Shown here: in pieces, positions 47,546 through 57,541 of the stretch
Numbering within the stretch: position 1 is the first letter of the stretch
Layout: each line of letters opens with the position of its first letter
Origin: a candidate division FCPU426 bacterium
GTDB taxonomy: Bacteria; Oederibacteriota; Muellerivitia; Muellerivitales; Muellerivitaceae
Assembly (NCBI GenBank): GCA_963847625.1
Contig: CAWKAR010000024.1
Coordinates: 1 to 64,000 of the forward strand
Direction: 5' to 3'
Length of the DNA stretch: 64,000 nt
Notes under the pieces: generated by a model
What the model saw: only the letters and a program-made list of their open reading frames with translations
The model's database searches: none
Told to the model about the DNA's origin: nothing
Program-made: the position numbers and the translations under genes

Positions 47546-49309
47546 TTAAACCTGGATGATCTTCTTCTTGTGGTCCAGGTAGTCCTTCAAGACGTACTGC
47601 GTGAGCTTGTCGGGGGCGGGGAAGATCAGGCGGCCCTGGTTGATCCTGTGCATCTCATCCAAAAAATCCCCCTCGCCGAAATAACCCCCGTCGATCTCGT
47701 TTCCCATCATGAAGGTGTTGATGGTGATGCCCTCGTCGGTGGCCATTTTCACCTCCCGGAGGGTTCTTTGATAGGTCCGGTCGTTCGGAGGATAGATGAT
47801 GTACAGGTAGGAACCCTCGTAAAAGGCAGTCGGGGCGCCGTCGGTAATCAAGAGGATGCTCTTGTTCTTCGTGTCCAGGTTGGCCAAGAGCACCCGGGCC
47901 AGCTCGAGGCCCTTCTGCAGGTTGGTGAAGTGGTCGGGGATGAATTCGCGCGTGCGGTCCATGCCCTCCCGGGATAAGTCGAACCGCAGGTTGACCGCCC
48001 CGCCCATCAAGGTGACGGGTTTGGGGGAGAGCTCGGGGATGGAACCCACCGAAATCTGCTTGGCGAAGGTGGAAAAGCCCACGAAAAACAGCTTGTCCTC
48101 GGGATACTCGGTGCGGATCAAGGCGTCGAGCGCGAGCGCGAGCTTTTTGGAATTGTAGAAGCGGCCGAAACGGGACATGGAACCGCTCTGGTCGATGAGC
48201 ATGACGATGGCCGAGGATGCGGCTCCCTTGGTCTGGTGCACCATGAAATCCCGCGTGTCGATGCGGATGCGGCCGTCCACCAGGCCCTCCGGCGTGCCCA
48301 CCTGCCGGATGGCCGAGTTCAAGAGGCTACCCGGCAGGTCCAGGTTGGCGAGGGAATCGCCGAACTCGTAGGGCTTGGTCACCGTCATTTCCACGTTGCC
48401 GTCGCCCGTGAAGGCGGCGTGGTGCCGGCCGATGCCGTCGGTGAAGAGGCGGGAAAAGACCTCCTTGAGCGCCTTCTCGCCGATTTTCCGCGCGGCCCCG
48501 GGGGTGATCTTGTAAATGTCTGACTCCTCGTCGTAATCCACGTCGCCCGTCGCCTTCATGGCCTCATTGAACTGTCGCTTGATTTCCTCCCTTTTCGCCT
48601 CGAAAGCCTGCGCCGCCTCCTCGCCCAGGATTTCCCTGAGGGACTCCACTTCCATGTTGAACAGGTCCCCGTTTTCCAGGGCGTCCCTCAACTGGGCCTC
48701 CAATTCCTCCAGCATCGCGAGGCGTTCCTTGAACCTTTCGGCTTCCTTTACCGAGATGCTTTTTTGGCCGGTGAAAGAGTAGTTCTCGTAAAGCTCCACC
48801 AGGGATTGCATTTGCTGGACTTGGAGGATCAATTCCTGGAGGGCTTTTCGCGCCTCCTCCGAGTTCGCGTCCCCCAGCCGGGAGAGGAGCCAGTCCATGC
48901 CGTATAGGGTGGAAGGATTGCGCTTATCCAGAGCCTCCCTCATTTTTTCTGAGAGCTTCTCATCCTGAAGCCTCGAGAGCCGGCGTTCCAGATCGTTTTT
49001 CTTGCGGCGGAGGGACTCCTCCAGGCGGGTCAAGAGGTCATCCAGGCGGTGGTTTTCCAGGATTTCCCTTTTTTGCCTCTCCAACTCGTCCAGGTGCCCC
49101 TGGATCAGGTCCTCCAAACCGCTGAGCTTGAGGAACTCGTTGTAGGGAATGCCCCTTTCCTGCAGGTGGCGCAGGGCCTCGTCGAAGGTGACGTGGTAGC
49201 GCATCATGATTTCCTTCACGGCGTTGACGAGGTCCTCGATCGTGAAGGGGGGTTTTTCCGGCTCATGCCACTCGAAATAGTCATGGGTAATCATGGAACA
49301 CCTTTTCAC
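47546..49309 (-). CDS. VWA domain protein (partner of ChlI/MoxR-like ATPase)
   Basis: KPYEFGD, MIDAS DQSGS, TNLQKGL, LITDGAPTA. Confidence 0.85.
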   Translation of the reverse strand: MKRCSMITHDYFEWHEPEKPPFTIEDLVNAVKEIMMRYHVTFDEALRHLQERGIPYNEFLKLSGLEDLIQGHLDELERQKREILENHRLDDLLTRLEESLRRKKNDLERRLSRLQDEKLSEKMREALDKRNPSTLYGMDWLLSRLGDANSEEARKALQELILQVQQMQSLVELYENYSFTGQKSISVKEAERFKERLAMLEELEAQLRDALENGDLFNMEVESLREILGEEAAQAFEAKREEIKRQFNEAMKATGDVDYDEESDIYKITPGAARKIGEKALKEVFSRLFTDGIGRHHAAFTGDGNVEMTVTKPYEFGDSLANLDLPGSLLNSAIRQVGTPEGLVDGRIRIDTRDFMVHQTKGAASSAIVMLIDQSGSMSRFGRFYNSKKLALALDALIRTEYPEDKLFFVGFSTFAKQISVGSIPELSPKPVTLMGGAVNLRFDLSREGMDRTREFIPDHFTNLQKGLELARVLLANLDTKNKSILLITDGAPTAFYEGSYLYIIYPPNDRTYQRTLREVKMATDEGITINTFMMGNEIDGGYFGEGDFLDEMHRINQGRLIFPAPDKLTQYVLKDYLDHKKKIIQV

Positions 49310-49330
49310 TACACCAGTTCTAAATAATCT

Positions 49331-49440
49331 TTAGCCACATGCCAATTTTCCATGAAGCTTATAAAGAGATCGGCATAGTACCGATCTCAATAGATTTTTA
49401 TAAAAGATCGGCACAGATGCATGGGATTAATGGGATTGTT
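49331..49440. repeat. Truncated copy of the TTAGCCAC element
   Basis: Closely matches 47273-47370. Confidence 0.7.
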
Positions 49441-49470
49441 AAAAATCCAAAATCCTAAAAAACCTAATCT

Positions 49471-49620
49471 GTCATTGCGAGGAATGCCCCGCGAATAGCG
49501 GGGTGGTTATGACGAAGCAACCCGAGTTTAAATCAAGTGATTTTGCCCTCGGCAAAACCCACAAATTAACCACCCATGAACTTAGGTTGCTTCGCTGCAA
49601 AATTCGCAGCTCGCAATGAC
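49471..49620. repeat. GTCATTGCGA...TCGCAATGAC REP-like element
   Basis: Terminal inverted arms; internal GAAGCAACC/GGTTGCTTC; shares GGTTGCTTCGCTGCA.AATTCGCAGCTCGCAATGAC with the 45.7-kb copy. Confidence 0.75.
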
Positions 49621-49700
49621 AAATTGTTATAAAACGCATAAGCCTTAATTTTTAAAGCTTATCAACTTCAATAACCTTGTCTAAATCTTTTATTAATAGT

Positions 49701-50755
49701 CCCGAGTTCCATAAGTAAGTGCAACACTTAGTGTCTGAAGAAGGCCGCATGAATAGGATATGCGGCTATGAAAAAGAAATACAAGCATTTAAGCGTTGAA
49801 GAAAGAGATCATTTATCCGTCTTGAAAGGAAAGGGTCTTAGCCTTCGAGCAATTTCACGCGCCTTGAAGAGGTCTCCTTCCACCCTCTCCAGGGAACTCA
49901 AGCGCAATGCTCCCCCTATCCGTTCTGGTTATTATCTTTCTCATCGAGCCCATCAACGGTATGTTGACCGCAACCAACAACGAGCACGCCGTTTACGCCT
50001 GAAAACAAAACGAATTCGTGCCTACGTCCGTCGTCAATTGAAACGAGGCTGGTCTCCAGAACTCATTTCAGGTCGATTAGGTCACCTACGGCCTAAGCAA
50101 ACCATTGGTCCTGAAGCTATCTATCAGTGGGTTTATGCTGAAGCCACTGAGCTGATTCCTTGCCTAGTTCGACACCACCGGCGACGATTCTCATTTGGCC
50201 ATAGCCGTAAGCACGCCAAAAACCATATCCCAGGCCGTGTTTCCATCGATAAGCGCTCCGAGATCGCCAATCAACGCAAGCAATTCGGCCATTGGGAAAC
50301 CGACACCATGGTCTCTCGTCAGAGTAAAGTTGCTATGCGGGCTCTCGTCGAGCGTCAAAGCCGTTTTTCCAAGTTGGGAAAGCTCAAACGAAAGACCGCT
50401 CGCCAAATGAGTCATAGCCTCAACCGCGCTTTATGCCGCTTCCCTCAAGACGCCCGCCTGAGTCTGACCTATGACAACGGAACCGAAAACACCAACCACT
50501 TGGAAACCAACCACGTGCTTGGTACAAAATCCTTTTTCTGCGCCCCTTTCCACAGTTGGGAAAAAGGTACGGTGGAAAATACTATCGGTCTTGTCCGCCG
50601 CCATTTGCCTAAAAAGACTGATCTTGCTAAAGTGTCCTTCAAAGAATTCAGGACCATAGAAAGATGGCTCAATAACAGGCCCAGGAAATGTTTGGGCTTT
50701 AAAACTCCGGCGGAAGTCTTCCGGCGAAGTGTTGCACTTACTCCGTGAATTCGGC
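49701..50755 (+). mobile_element. IS30-family insertion sequence, copy 2 (1055 bp)
   Basis: Same ends and length as copy 1; AGT TSD. Confidence 0.95.
49768..50748 (+). CDS. IS30-family DDE transposase
   Basis: Protein sequence identical to 38038..39018. Confidence 0.95.
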   Translation: MKKKYKHLSVEERDHLSVLKGKGLSLRAISRALKRSPSTLSRELKRNAPPIRSGYYLSHRAHQRYVDRNQQRARRLRLKTKRIRAYVRRQLKRGWSPELISGRLGHLRPKQTIGPEAIYQWVYAEATELIPCLVRHHRRRFSFGHSRKHAKNHIPGRVSIDKRSEIANQRKQFGHWETDTMVSRQSKVAMRALVERQSRFSKLGKLKRKTARQMSHSLNRALCRFPQDARLSLTYDNGTENTNHLETNHVLGTKSFFCAPFHSWEKGTVENTIGLVRRHLPKKTDLAKVSFKEFRTIERWLNNRPRKCLGFKTPAEVFRRSVALTP

Positions 50756-50760
50756 AGTTC

Positions 50761-52194
50761 TTATTCTTCGGCTTTTTTTCTTTTGGGCATAGCGGAGGGT
50801 TGGTAATCGAAAAACTCCCCCACCTTGGTGCGGGAAAGTTTTCCCGAGAGGTGAAACCCTTCCAGCACGAATTCCACGCAGGAGGCCTGGTAGACCTCGG
50901 AATTCTTCCCGTTCAAGTGGTGCACGGGTTCCCAGATCTGCGGTAGCTGCGAAATGATGTTTTTGTACTCACGCGAGGGTGTCAATTCCGAGATGCGGAT
51001 GTGCTTGTCCCCGGACATGTCGGGGACGCCGATCTCCAGATGGCCCCGGTCCATATGCTCCTTGAACACCTGGGCCACGGCCTTGTCCATGATCTTACTG
51101 AAAACCTGGAACTCGGTGACGGTTTCCTCGCGGAAGGGGTCCAACTCGATCTTGCCAGCGGAGGAGGTGTAAAGGTAGTTCAGGTCCGACATGCGGGGTA
51201 CCGCCTCTTTTTCACCCAGGACGTAGGCCCGGCGCCTGGCGTTGGCGATCATGGTCTCATAGTTAGCGATGGAAAGCCTGGCCGAGACCCCCGATTTCTG
51301 GTTGACGTAGGGGCTCCGGCGGGCTTCCAGGGTGATCTGTTCGATGACCTCGGCCATGAAATCCGGGATGGTGAGCTTGACCTCCTCGTCGGTGGGCACC
51401 CGGGCTTCCTGGTGGACGATCTTCAGGCCCATTTCCCGCGTCAGGGGATAATGGGTCCTGATTTCCGCCCCGATGCGGTCCTTGAGCTGGGTGATGATCT
51501 TGCCCGCGCGCGTGTATTCCTCGGGGTTGGCGGTGAACATGAGGATGATATCCAGGTTGAACCTTAAGGGATAACCGCGGATCTGGATGTCGCGCTCCTC
51601 CAAGATGTTGAAGAGGGCCACCTGGACCAGGTATTCCAGATCGGGGAGTTCGTTCACCGCGAATAGTCCGCGGTTCGTGCGGGGGATGAGGCCGAAGTGG
51701 ATGGCTTCCTCGCTGGCCAGGGGGTTGCCCGCGGCCACCTTGGCCGGGTCCAGGTCCCCGATCAAGTCGGCGATCTTGGTGCCGGGGGAGAGGCGTTCGC
51801 TGTAACGCCTGTCCCGGCCGATCCATTCGATCTCCAGGTTTTTTCCGTGTTCCGCCAATTTCTTCCGGCAGGAACTGCAGATGGGATGGTAGGGGTGGTC
51901 ATTGATCTCGCATCCCTTCACGATGGGAATTTCCTCGTCCAGGAACTGCACCAGGGAACGCATGAGGCGGCTTTTGGCCTGGCCCTTCTCCCCCAAAAAC
52001 ACGATGTCGTGGTGGGAAAGCAGGGCGTTCACCATCTGGGGAATGACCGTCTCGTCAAAACCGTGGATCAGGGGAAAGAGGGGTTCGCCCGTTTTCAACT
52101 TATTAATGAGATTTCGTTCCAGCTCTTCTTTAACGGAAAAATCGGGATATTGGGATTCCCTGAGTTCGCCCAGGGTGGATGACTTGTTCGGCAT
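50761..52194 (-). CDS. Mg-chelatase ChlI / MoxR-like AAA+ ATPase
   Basis: LGEKGQAKSR, DLIGDLDP, HFGLIPRTNRGLFAVNELPDL, TANPEEYT, QKSGVSAR. Confidence 0.85.
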   Translation of the reverse strand: MPNKSSTLGELRESQYPDFSVKEELERNLINKLKTGEPLFPLIHGFDETVIPQMVNALLSHHDIVFLGEKGQAKSRLMRSLVQFLDEEIPIVKGCEINDHPYHPICSSCRKKLAEHGKNLEIEWIGRDRRYSERLSPGTKIADLIGDLDPAKVAAGNPLASEEAIHFGLIPRTNRGLFAVNELPDLEYLVQVALFNILEERDIQIRGYPLRFNLDIILMFTANPEEYTRAGKIITQLKDRIGAEIRTHYPLTREMGLKIVHQEARVPTDEEVKLTIPDFMAEVIEQITLEARRSPYVNQKSGVSARLSIANYETMIANARRRAYVLGEKEAVPRMSDLNYLYTSSAGKIELDPFREETVTEFQVFSKIMDKAVAQVFKEHMDRGHLEIGVPDMSGDKHIRISELTPSREYKNIISQLPQIWEPVHHLNGKNSEVYQASCVEFVLEGFHLSGKLSRTKVGEFFDYQPSAMPKRKKAEE

Positions 52195-52380
52195 GGGGGT
52201 TCCTTTAATATGCGACCTTAAAGATTAATATTACGATTCGAACTGGAGGGGAAGCAAGGGGTAGGAAGATGATGGAAACGGATCGTTGGTTTAGTCAAGG
52301 ATACCTTCGTTGGAAACCCCATATCAAACGATTCCCTTTGCCCGTAAACTTGAAAAAGAAGCGCTGGTGGATGTACTTTA

Positions 52381-52510
52381 GAGATTGCTGAAAAAGTCCA
52401 AAGATCAGACTTTTGTCAGCGAACGACATTTATGGTAACCCCACGATTCCCGCGGAATCTTTGGGGTCAGAGGCTGCTTTGTAGCACTATTTTAATTTTT
52501 CGGCAGCCTC
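52381..52510. mobile_element. MITE with IS5/IS1182-like ends, copy 1
   Basis: GAGATTGCTGAAAAA...TTTTTCGGCAGCCTC flanked by TA; interior shared with 60957-61171. Confidence 0.65.
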
Positions 52511-52568
52511 TACTTTAAGTTAAAATCAATGCGTCCCATCCGTTTCCAATACCCGTAAGGAAAAACCC

Positions 52569-54176
52569 GTGCCGGAAATAACCGAACCGCCCTCACCCGC
52601 CTTTTTGTCCCTGGAACCCAGGGTGACCCTGGTCAACGCCTTCACCAAACCTTTCGACAACGCGGTGGCGACCGCCCGGACTTGTTATTCCAGCAAAGGC
52701 ATCATTTCCACCGAGCAGGTGGCCGGCGCCGGCCTGGAGGGGGAAAAGCTGGAGGAACGCCGGCAAAAGCGCGACGACTTGGCCCGCTCCATCTACGAGG
52801 CTGGGCACCACACGACCTTCCAGCACGCCTATTTCCAATTCGCCCTGGAAAACGTGTCCCGGCAGTTCATCTGGAGCTTCCTGCACAGCCATCCCTTCTA
52901 CAATTCCGAGCAGGTTTCCCAGCGTTACGTGACGGTGGACCCCTCCCAGATCGCCATGCCCCCCTTGACCGGCGAGGCCTCCGCCCTCTACCGGGACACG
53001 GTTTCGTTCCAGACCCAGAGCTACCTTTCCCTGACCGGGAAACTCAAGCCCCTGGCCGGGCGGGAATACCAGGCCCGGTTCAAGCACGCGGAACTGCGGG
53101 GCAAGCAGGCCCTGACCGACATTCAGAAAAAATCCCAGGAAGTGGCGCGGTACGTCCTGCCGGTGGCCACCTTCGCCTTCCTTTACCACACAGTTTCCGC
53201 GCTCACTCTCATGCGCTACTGGAGGCTAAGCCAAACTTTCGACGCCCCTTTGGAGCAGAGGATCGTGGTTGGAAAGATGGTAGAGGCGGTCCTGAAACAC
53301 GCGCCCGAGTACAAGGCCATCCTGGAGGAACCCCTGGATTTCGAGACCACCCCCGAGGCCCAGATGTGCGCGGAGTTCCAAAGGGCGGAAGGGAGCCCGA
53401 AAACCTTCCGGGCGGAATTCGACGCATCCCTCGGGCCCTACACCTCCAAACTGGTGGATTATTCCAAGGAAGGGGAAAAAATACTGGCCTCTTCCGTCCG
53501 GGAACTGTTCGGCCTGGCAGCCTCGGAGCTTTCCGATGACGAGGCCATCCTCATGGCCCTGGACCCGTCCAGGAACAAATACCTGGGGGAAACCCTGAAT
53601 GTCACCACCCACAGCAAGCTTTCCCGTGCGCTGTTCCATCCCCATTACACCTTCCGGAAGAAAATTTCGCATACGGCGGATTCCCAGGACCAGCGGCACC
53701 GCATGACCCCGGCCTCCAGGCCCATCCTGCACGCCCTCTCCCTGGAGGAGCCCGACTATGTCCTGCCGGTGCTGTTGCGGGAAGAACCCTCTCTGGCCCT
53801 GGAATACGGCCAGGTTATGGAGCGCATTTGGGACTCCATCGGGAAACTGCGCCGGCTGGGTGTTTCCAAGGAATTCGCCTCCTATCTCCTGCCCAACGCC
53901 GTGGCATTGAGGTTCACCGAGTCCGCCGACCTGCTGAACCTGCACCACAAGCACGCCATGAGACTTTGCTACAACGCCCAGGAGGAAATTTGGAAGGCCT
54001 CGGTGGACGAGGCCCTCCAGGTGCGGGAAGTGCACCCCCGCATCGGGAAATGGCTTCTTCCCCCCTGCGGACTCCGGAGCCGGGCCGGGACCCAGCCCAC
54101 CTGCCCGGAAGGGGACCGCTTCTGCGGGGTGCCGGTCTGGAAAAAGGATTTGAGGGAATACCAAAGGGTGATTTGA
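52569..54176 (+). CDS. thyX: FAD-dependent thymidylate synthase-like protein with two ThyX domains
   Basis: AARTCY-like ARTCYS, GHHTTFQH, VSR..., QVSQRYV, EVARYVLP; second domain QRHR, YLLPNA, RLCYNAQEEI, C-terminal CPEG. Confidence 0.7.
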   Translation: MPEITEPPSPAFLSLEPRVTLVNAFTKPFDNAVATARTCYSSKGIISTEQVAGAGLEGEKLEERRQKRDDLARSIYEAGHHTTFQHAYFQFALENVSRQFIWSFLHSHPFYNSEQVSQRYVTVDPSQIAMPPLTGEASALYRDTVSFQTQSYLSLTGKLKPLAGREYQARFKHAELRGKQALTDIQKKSQEVARYVLPVATFAFLYHTVSALTLMRYWRLSQTFDAPLEQRIVVGKMVEAVLKHAPEYKAILEEPLDFETTPEAQMCAEFQRAEGSPKTFRAEFDASLGPYTSKLVDYSKEGEKILASSVRELFGLAASELSDDEAILMALDPSRNKYLGETLNVTTHSKLSRALFHPHYTFRKKISHTADSQDQRHRMTPASRPILHALSLEEPDYVLPVLLREEPSLALEYGQVMERIWDSIGKLRRLGVSKEFASYLLPNAVALRFTESADLLNLHHKHAMRLCYNAQEEIWKASVDEALQVREVHPRIGKWLLPPCGLRSRAGTQPTCPEGDRFCGVPVWKKDLREYQRVI

Positions 54177-54229
54177 GGGAAGTGGTAGGGTTTGTAGTTA
54201 GAAAATCTAAGTTAAAGTTTTGTTTAGTT

Positions 54230-54377
54230 GTCATTGCGAGGAGTGGCTGCCGAATAGGCGGCCGATTACGACGAAGCAACCTCAGTTTAAATAAGCTTTA
54301 AGCAGACTTAAATCGAACAACGAACTGGGGTCGCCACGCACCTAACCGCGCCGATTGGCGCAGGTGCTCGCGATGAC
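54230..54377. repeat. GTCATTGCGA...TCGCGATGAC REP-like element
   Basis: Same terminal arms and GCCGAATAGGC hairpin as the 45.6-kb copy. Confidence 0.7.
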
Positions 54378-54413
54378 ACATTTAAGTTATTTTTTTCTGG
54401 GAGGTTATCCAAA

Positions 54414-54917
54414 ATGAAAAAGCGTGAACTGGGTTGGAAGAAAATACTTTTCGTCACCCTCGTTTTATCGGCCTTCGTCGCGGCCATGGCCTCTTTCATC
54501 CCATCCTCCCAGGCCGCATCATCCCCCGTGCCCTCGGCGAAACTTACAAAATACCTAAAACTTTGGGCTTATGAAAAAGGGGATGATTTTATAGGGACGG
54601 TCGGAGGCATCTTCGACGAGAACCGGAAAAAAATAGTCCTGAAGTGCGCCCTCAAGAACCTGACCGGGAAGGAAATCCACGGCGTCCGGGGCGTCTTGCG
54701 GTTTACCACGCTCTTCGGGGAGTACATCTGCGATTGGACCCTTGAATCCACGACAGTGGTTCCCCCAGGTGAGACGGCCGGGGTGGACTGGAAAGCGGGA
54801 ATCGAGCGCTTCACGAAGAAGGGGCTCGCGACTTTCGAGAAACTTAAACTGGGGGAAATGCGACAGATTTGGTACCCCTCCATGATCGTCTTCTCCGACG
54901 GGACCATTGCAAAGTAA
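54414..54917 (+). CDS. Hypothetical exported protein
   Basis: GGAGG RBS, signal peptide, ends IVFSDGT. Confidence 0.65.
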   Translation: MKKRELGWKKILFVTLVLSAFVAAMASFIPSSQAASSPVPSAKLTKYLKLWAYEKGDDFIGTVGGIFDENRKKIVLKCALKNLTGKEIHGVRGVLRFTTLFGEYICDWTLESTTVVPPGETAGVDWKAGIERFTKKGLATFEKLKLGEMRQIWYPSMIVFSDGTIAK

Positions 54918-55034
54918 AATGATAAATTTCAAATTTTTAATTTTGAATGATCGTGATTTTCACGTTGTGAAAACAGTTATTTTTCAAAGTTCAACCTGCG
55001 GAATCCGAAACGGCCATTGCAGGTTTCCGGGTTC

Positions 55035-55757
55035 ATGAAACCTTCTCGGCTCGTCCTATTCGACATCGACGGTACCCTCCTGTCCACCGCGCGCCAGGCC
55101 TGGGAAGACCCTTTCAAGGACGCCATGGTCCAGGCTTTCGCCGAGGCGGGGGACCCCCGCGTCATCGACACCTCCAAATACCGCCCCGGCGGGAAAACCG
55201 ACACCCAAATCATCTTTGAGATCCTCAGCCAGAACTCCATTGAGCCCGAACGCATCAAAACCTTGCTCCCCAGGGTCCGGGAAAAGTACCTGGATTACTT
55301 GAGGGGAATCATCGAGGGGAATCCCGGGTATGTGACCCTCAAACCGGGGGCGCTGGAACTTTTAGAGGATCTCCACCGGCGAAGCGAGGTGGTTTTGGGG
55401 CTTCTCACGGGCAATTTCGAGGAGGGGGCGCGCATCAAGCTGGGCGCCAAGGGCCTGAACGGTTATTTTTCCTTCGGGGCCTTCGGCGAGAACGCCTTCC
55501 AGCGGGCGGATCTGCCCCAAAGGGCGCTGGATGCGGCCGAGAAAAAGCATGGCCACAGGTTTTCCAAGAAAGAAATCGTCATCATCGGGGACACGCCCAA
55601 CGACATCCTTTGCGGCCGCCACCTGCAGGTGCGCACCCTGGCGGTGGCGACCGGCCCCTACACGGTGGAGCAGTTGGAAGCCGAAAAACCGGATTTTGTT
55701 TTTCCCAATTTTTTGGAGAGGGAAAAGGTGATAGAGGCCATTTTAAATCATCTATAA
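55035..55757 (+). CDS. HAD superfamily hydrolase (phosphoglycolate phosphatase-like)
   Basis: LFDIDGTL, GKTD, LLTGN, IIGDTPND, VATG. Confidence 0.9.
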   Translation: MKPSRLVLFDIDGTLLSTARQAWEDPFKDAMVQAFAEAGDPRVIDTSKYRPGGKTDTQIIFEILSQNSIEPERIKTLLPRVREKYLDYLRGIIEGNPGYVTLKPGALELLEDLHRRSEVVLGLLTGNFEEGARIKLGAKGLNGYFSFGAFGENAFQRADLPQRALDAAEKKHGHRFSKKEIVIIGDTPNDILCGRHLQVRTLAVATGPYTVEQLEAEKPDFVFPNFLEREKVIEAILNHL

Positions 55758-55790
55758 TCACGAAAATGGTTAAAGGCATTATTTAAACTG

Positions 55791-55873
55791 GGGTTGCACG
55801 TTGGCCCTTGGGCCAACTACTTCAAGCTTCGTCATAAACGCCCGCCTATTCGGCGGGCATTTCTCGCAATGAC
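55791..55873 (-). repeat. Half copy (inverted) of the GTCATTGCGA element
   Basis: Reverse complement matches 45591-45700 apart from an internal hairpin insert. Confidence 0.7.
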
Positions 55874-56083
55874 ATAAAAATGGTAAGTATCCCTTTACAA
55901 CAAGTAAAAGCAAAAAGACATGGAACCGCCGATCAAATCCGATGGACGCCGATAAGTTTGAGAAAGCCTTAAACTATAAGCCGTTATCGGCACGTGCGGA
56001 GCACGTCGGTCGTTATCTGCGGTAAAAAAATTTCTTTACGTGTCGTGAAGGTATAGTCACCTAAAATATTATGAGGGTATTCC

Positions 56084-56917
56084 ATGAATCTTAAAATCAA
56101 ACTCGCGCACAGCCCGGACTCGGATGACGCTTTCATGTTCTACGGGCTGGCGAAGGGGAAAATCGACACCGAGGGCGTCCAGTACGAGCATGTGCTCAAG
56201 GATATCCAAACCCTCAACGACTGGGCCAAGGAAGGCCGCATGGAAGTGACCGCCCTCTCGGCCCATGCCTACGCCTACGTGAAAGACAAGTACGCTATCC
56301 TCACCCACGGGGGAAGCATCGGCAAGAACTATGGGCCCATGGTGGTGGCCAAGACGGCCCTGCCCATCGACCAACTGCGCGGAAAGACCATCGCGGTGCC
56401 GGGAAAACTGACCAGCGCCTACCTGGCCTTGAGGCTGTGTTTGCCTGAGTTCAAGGAAGTTGTCGTGGATTTTGAGAGGATCATGGACCTGGTGGCCCAA
56501 GGCAAGGTGGACGCGGGCCTGCTCATCCACGAGGGCCAGCTGACTTACCAGGAAAAGTGCCTGCACATGGTGCTGGAGCTGGGGGAATGGTGGTATCAAA
56601 AGACCGGTTTGCCCTTGCCGATGGGCTTGAACGCCATCCGGAAAGACCTGGACGCGGATTTAAAGAAGAAGGTCTCGAAACACCTGAAAAATTCCATTGA
56701 GTACTCCCTGGCGCACCGGGAGGAAGCCCTGGATTACGCCCTGGCCTTCGGCCGCGGGCTTTCCCGGGATGTGGCCGACCGCTTCGTCGGGATGTGGGTC
56801 AACGAGAGGACCGTGGACATGGGCGAAGAAGGGAAAAAGGCCATCCGGCAATTCCTGGGAGAGGGCGCCGACAAGCAACTTGTTCCGCCCATCGGCGACA
56901 TCGAGTTTGTGGATTAA
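56084..56917 (+). CDS. mqnD: 1,4-dihydroxy-6-naphthoate synthase (futalosine menaquinone pathway)
   Basis: AHSPDSDDAFMFY, DIQTLN, YGP, VPGKLTSA, GLLIHEGQLTY, LPLPMG. Confidence 0.88.
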   Translation: MNLKIKLAHSPDSDDAFMFYGLAKGKIDTEGVQYEHVLKDIQTLNDWAKEGRMEVTALSAHAYAYVKDKYAILTHGGSIGKNYGPMVVAKTALPIDQLRGKTIAVPGKLTSAYLALRLCLPEFKEVVVDFERIMDLVAQGKVDAGLLIHEGQLTYQEKCLHMVLELGEWWYQKTGLPLPMGLNAIRKDLDADLKKKVSKHLKNSIEYSLAHREEALDYALAFGRGLSRDVADRFVGMWVNERTVDMGEEGKKAIRQFLGEGADKQLVPPIGDIEFVD

Positions 56918-56994
56918 AAGATTCTAAATAAAACGAGGGAACAGAGATAATCAATAAAATTCTTGAATCTAAAAAAGTTAGGCAAATGCAAATA

Positions 56995-57150
56995 TTAGCC
57001 ACGGATTCAGGGGATTCATTTAGATAGGCCAAAGCATTCATGAAAGGGTATAAATGAACGGATTCGACTCCTGTTGGCCGCTCACCGCAGGTTTCAAATT
57101 CTCAATTTTAAGTTTTAAGCAATCCCATTTATCCCATGCATCCGTGGCTA
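56995..57150. repeat. TTAGCCACGGAT...ATCCGTGGCTA palindromic element
   Basis: Arms match the 47273-47525 element once its inserts are removed. Confidence 0.7.
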
Positions 57151-57160
57151 GAGATTATTT

Positions 57161-57541
57161 TTGATTTTGATGGAGGAAATCTTGAAGCGGAAACCCGAAG
57201 GCTCATGGAACCTTTACATCGCCGAGTGCGCCGACGGGTCCTTTTACACGGGCATCGCCAAGGACGTGGAAAAGCGCATCGAGGCCCATAATACCGGGAA
57301 AGGAAGCAAGTACACCGCCACCCACTCCCCCGTCAGGCTGGTTTTCCAGGAACCCCAGGCCGATTATTCGGCGGCCCTGAGAAGGGAATACCAGATCAAG
57401 AGCCTGCCCAAGGAACGCAAGACCACTTTTATCGCCGGGGAAAGCCTGCCCCAGCCCTCCGAAAAGGCAAAAATGTCCTTCGCGCGAAAACAAAGGCGCA
57501 GGAAACGCCGCCAGAAAAACAAGCGCAAGAGGAACCAATGA
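57161..57541 (+). CDS. GIY-YIG nuclease (UPF0213/YhbQ-like) with basic tail
   Basis: YIAECADGSFYTGI, RIEAHN.GKGSKYT, ALRREYQIK. Confidence 0.88.
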   Translation: MILMEEILKRKPEGSWNLYIAECADGSFYTGIAKDVEKRIEAHNTGKGSKYTATHSPVRLVFQEPQADYSAALRREYQIKSLPKERKTTFIAGESLPQPSEKAKMSFARKQRRRKRRQKNKRKRNQ

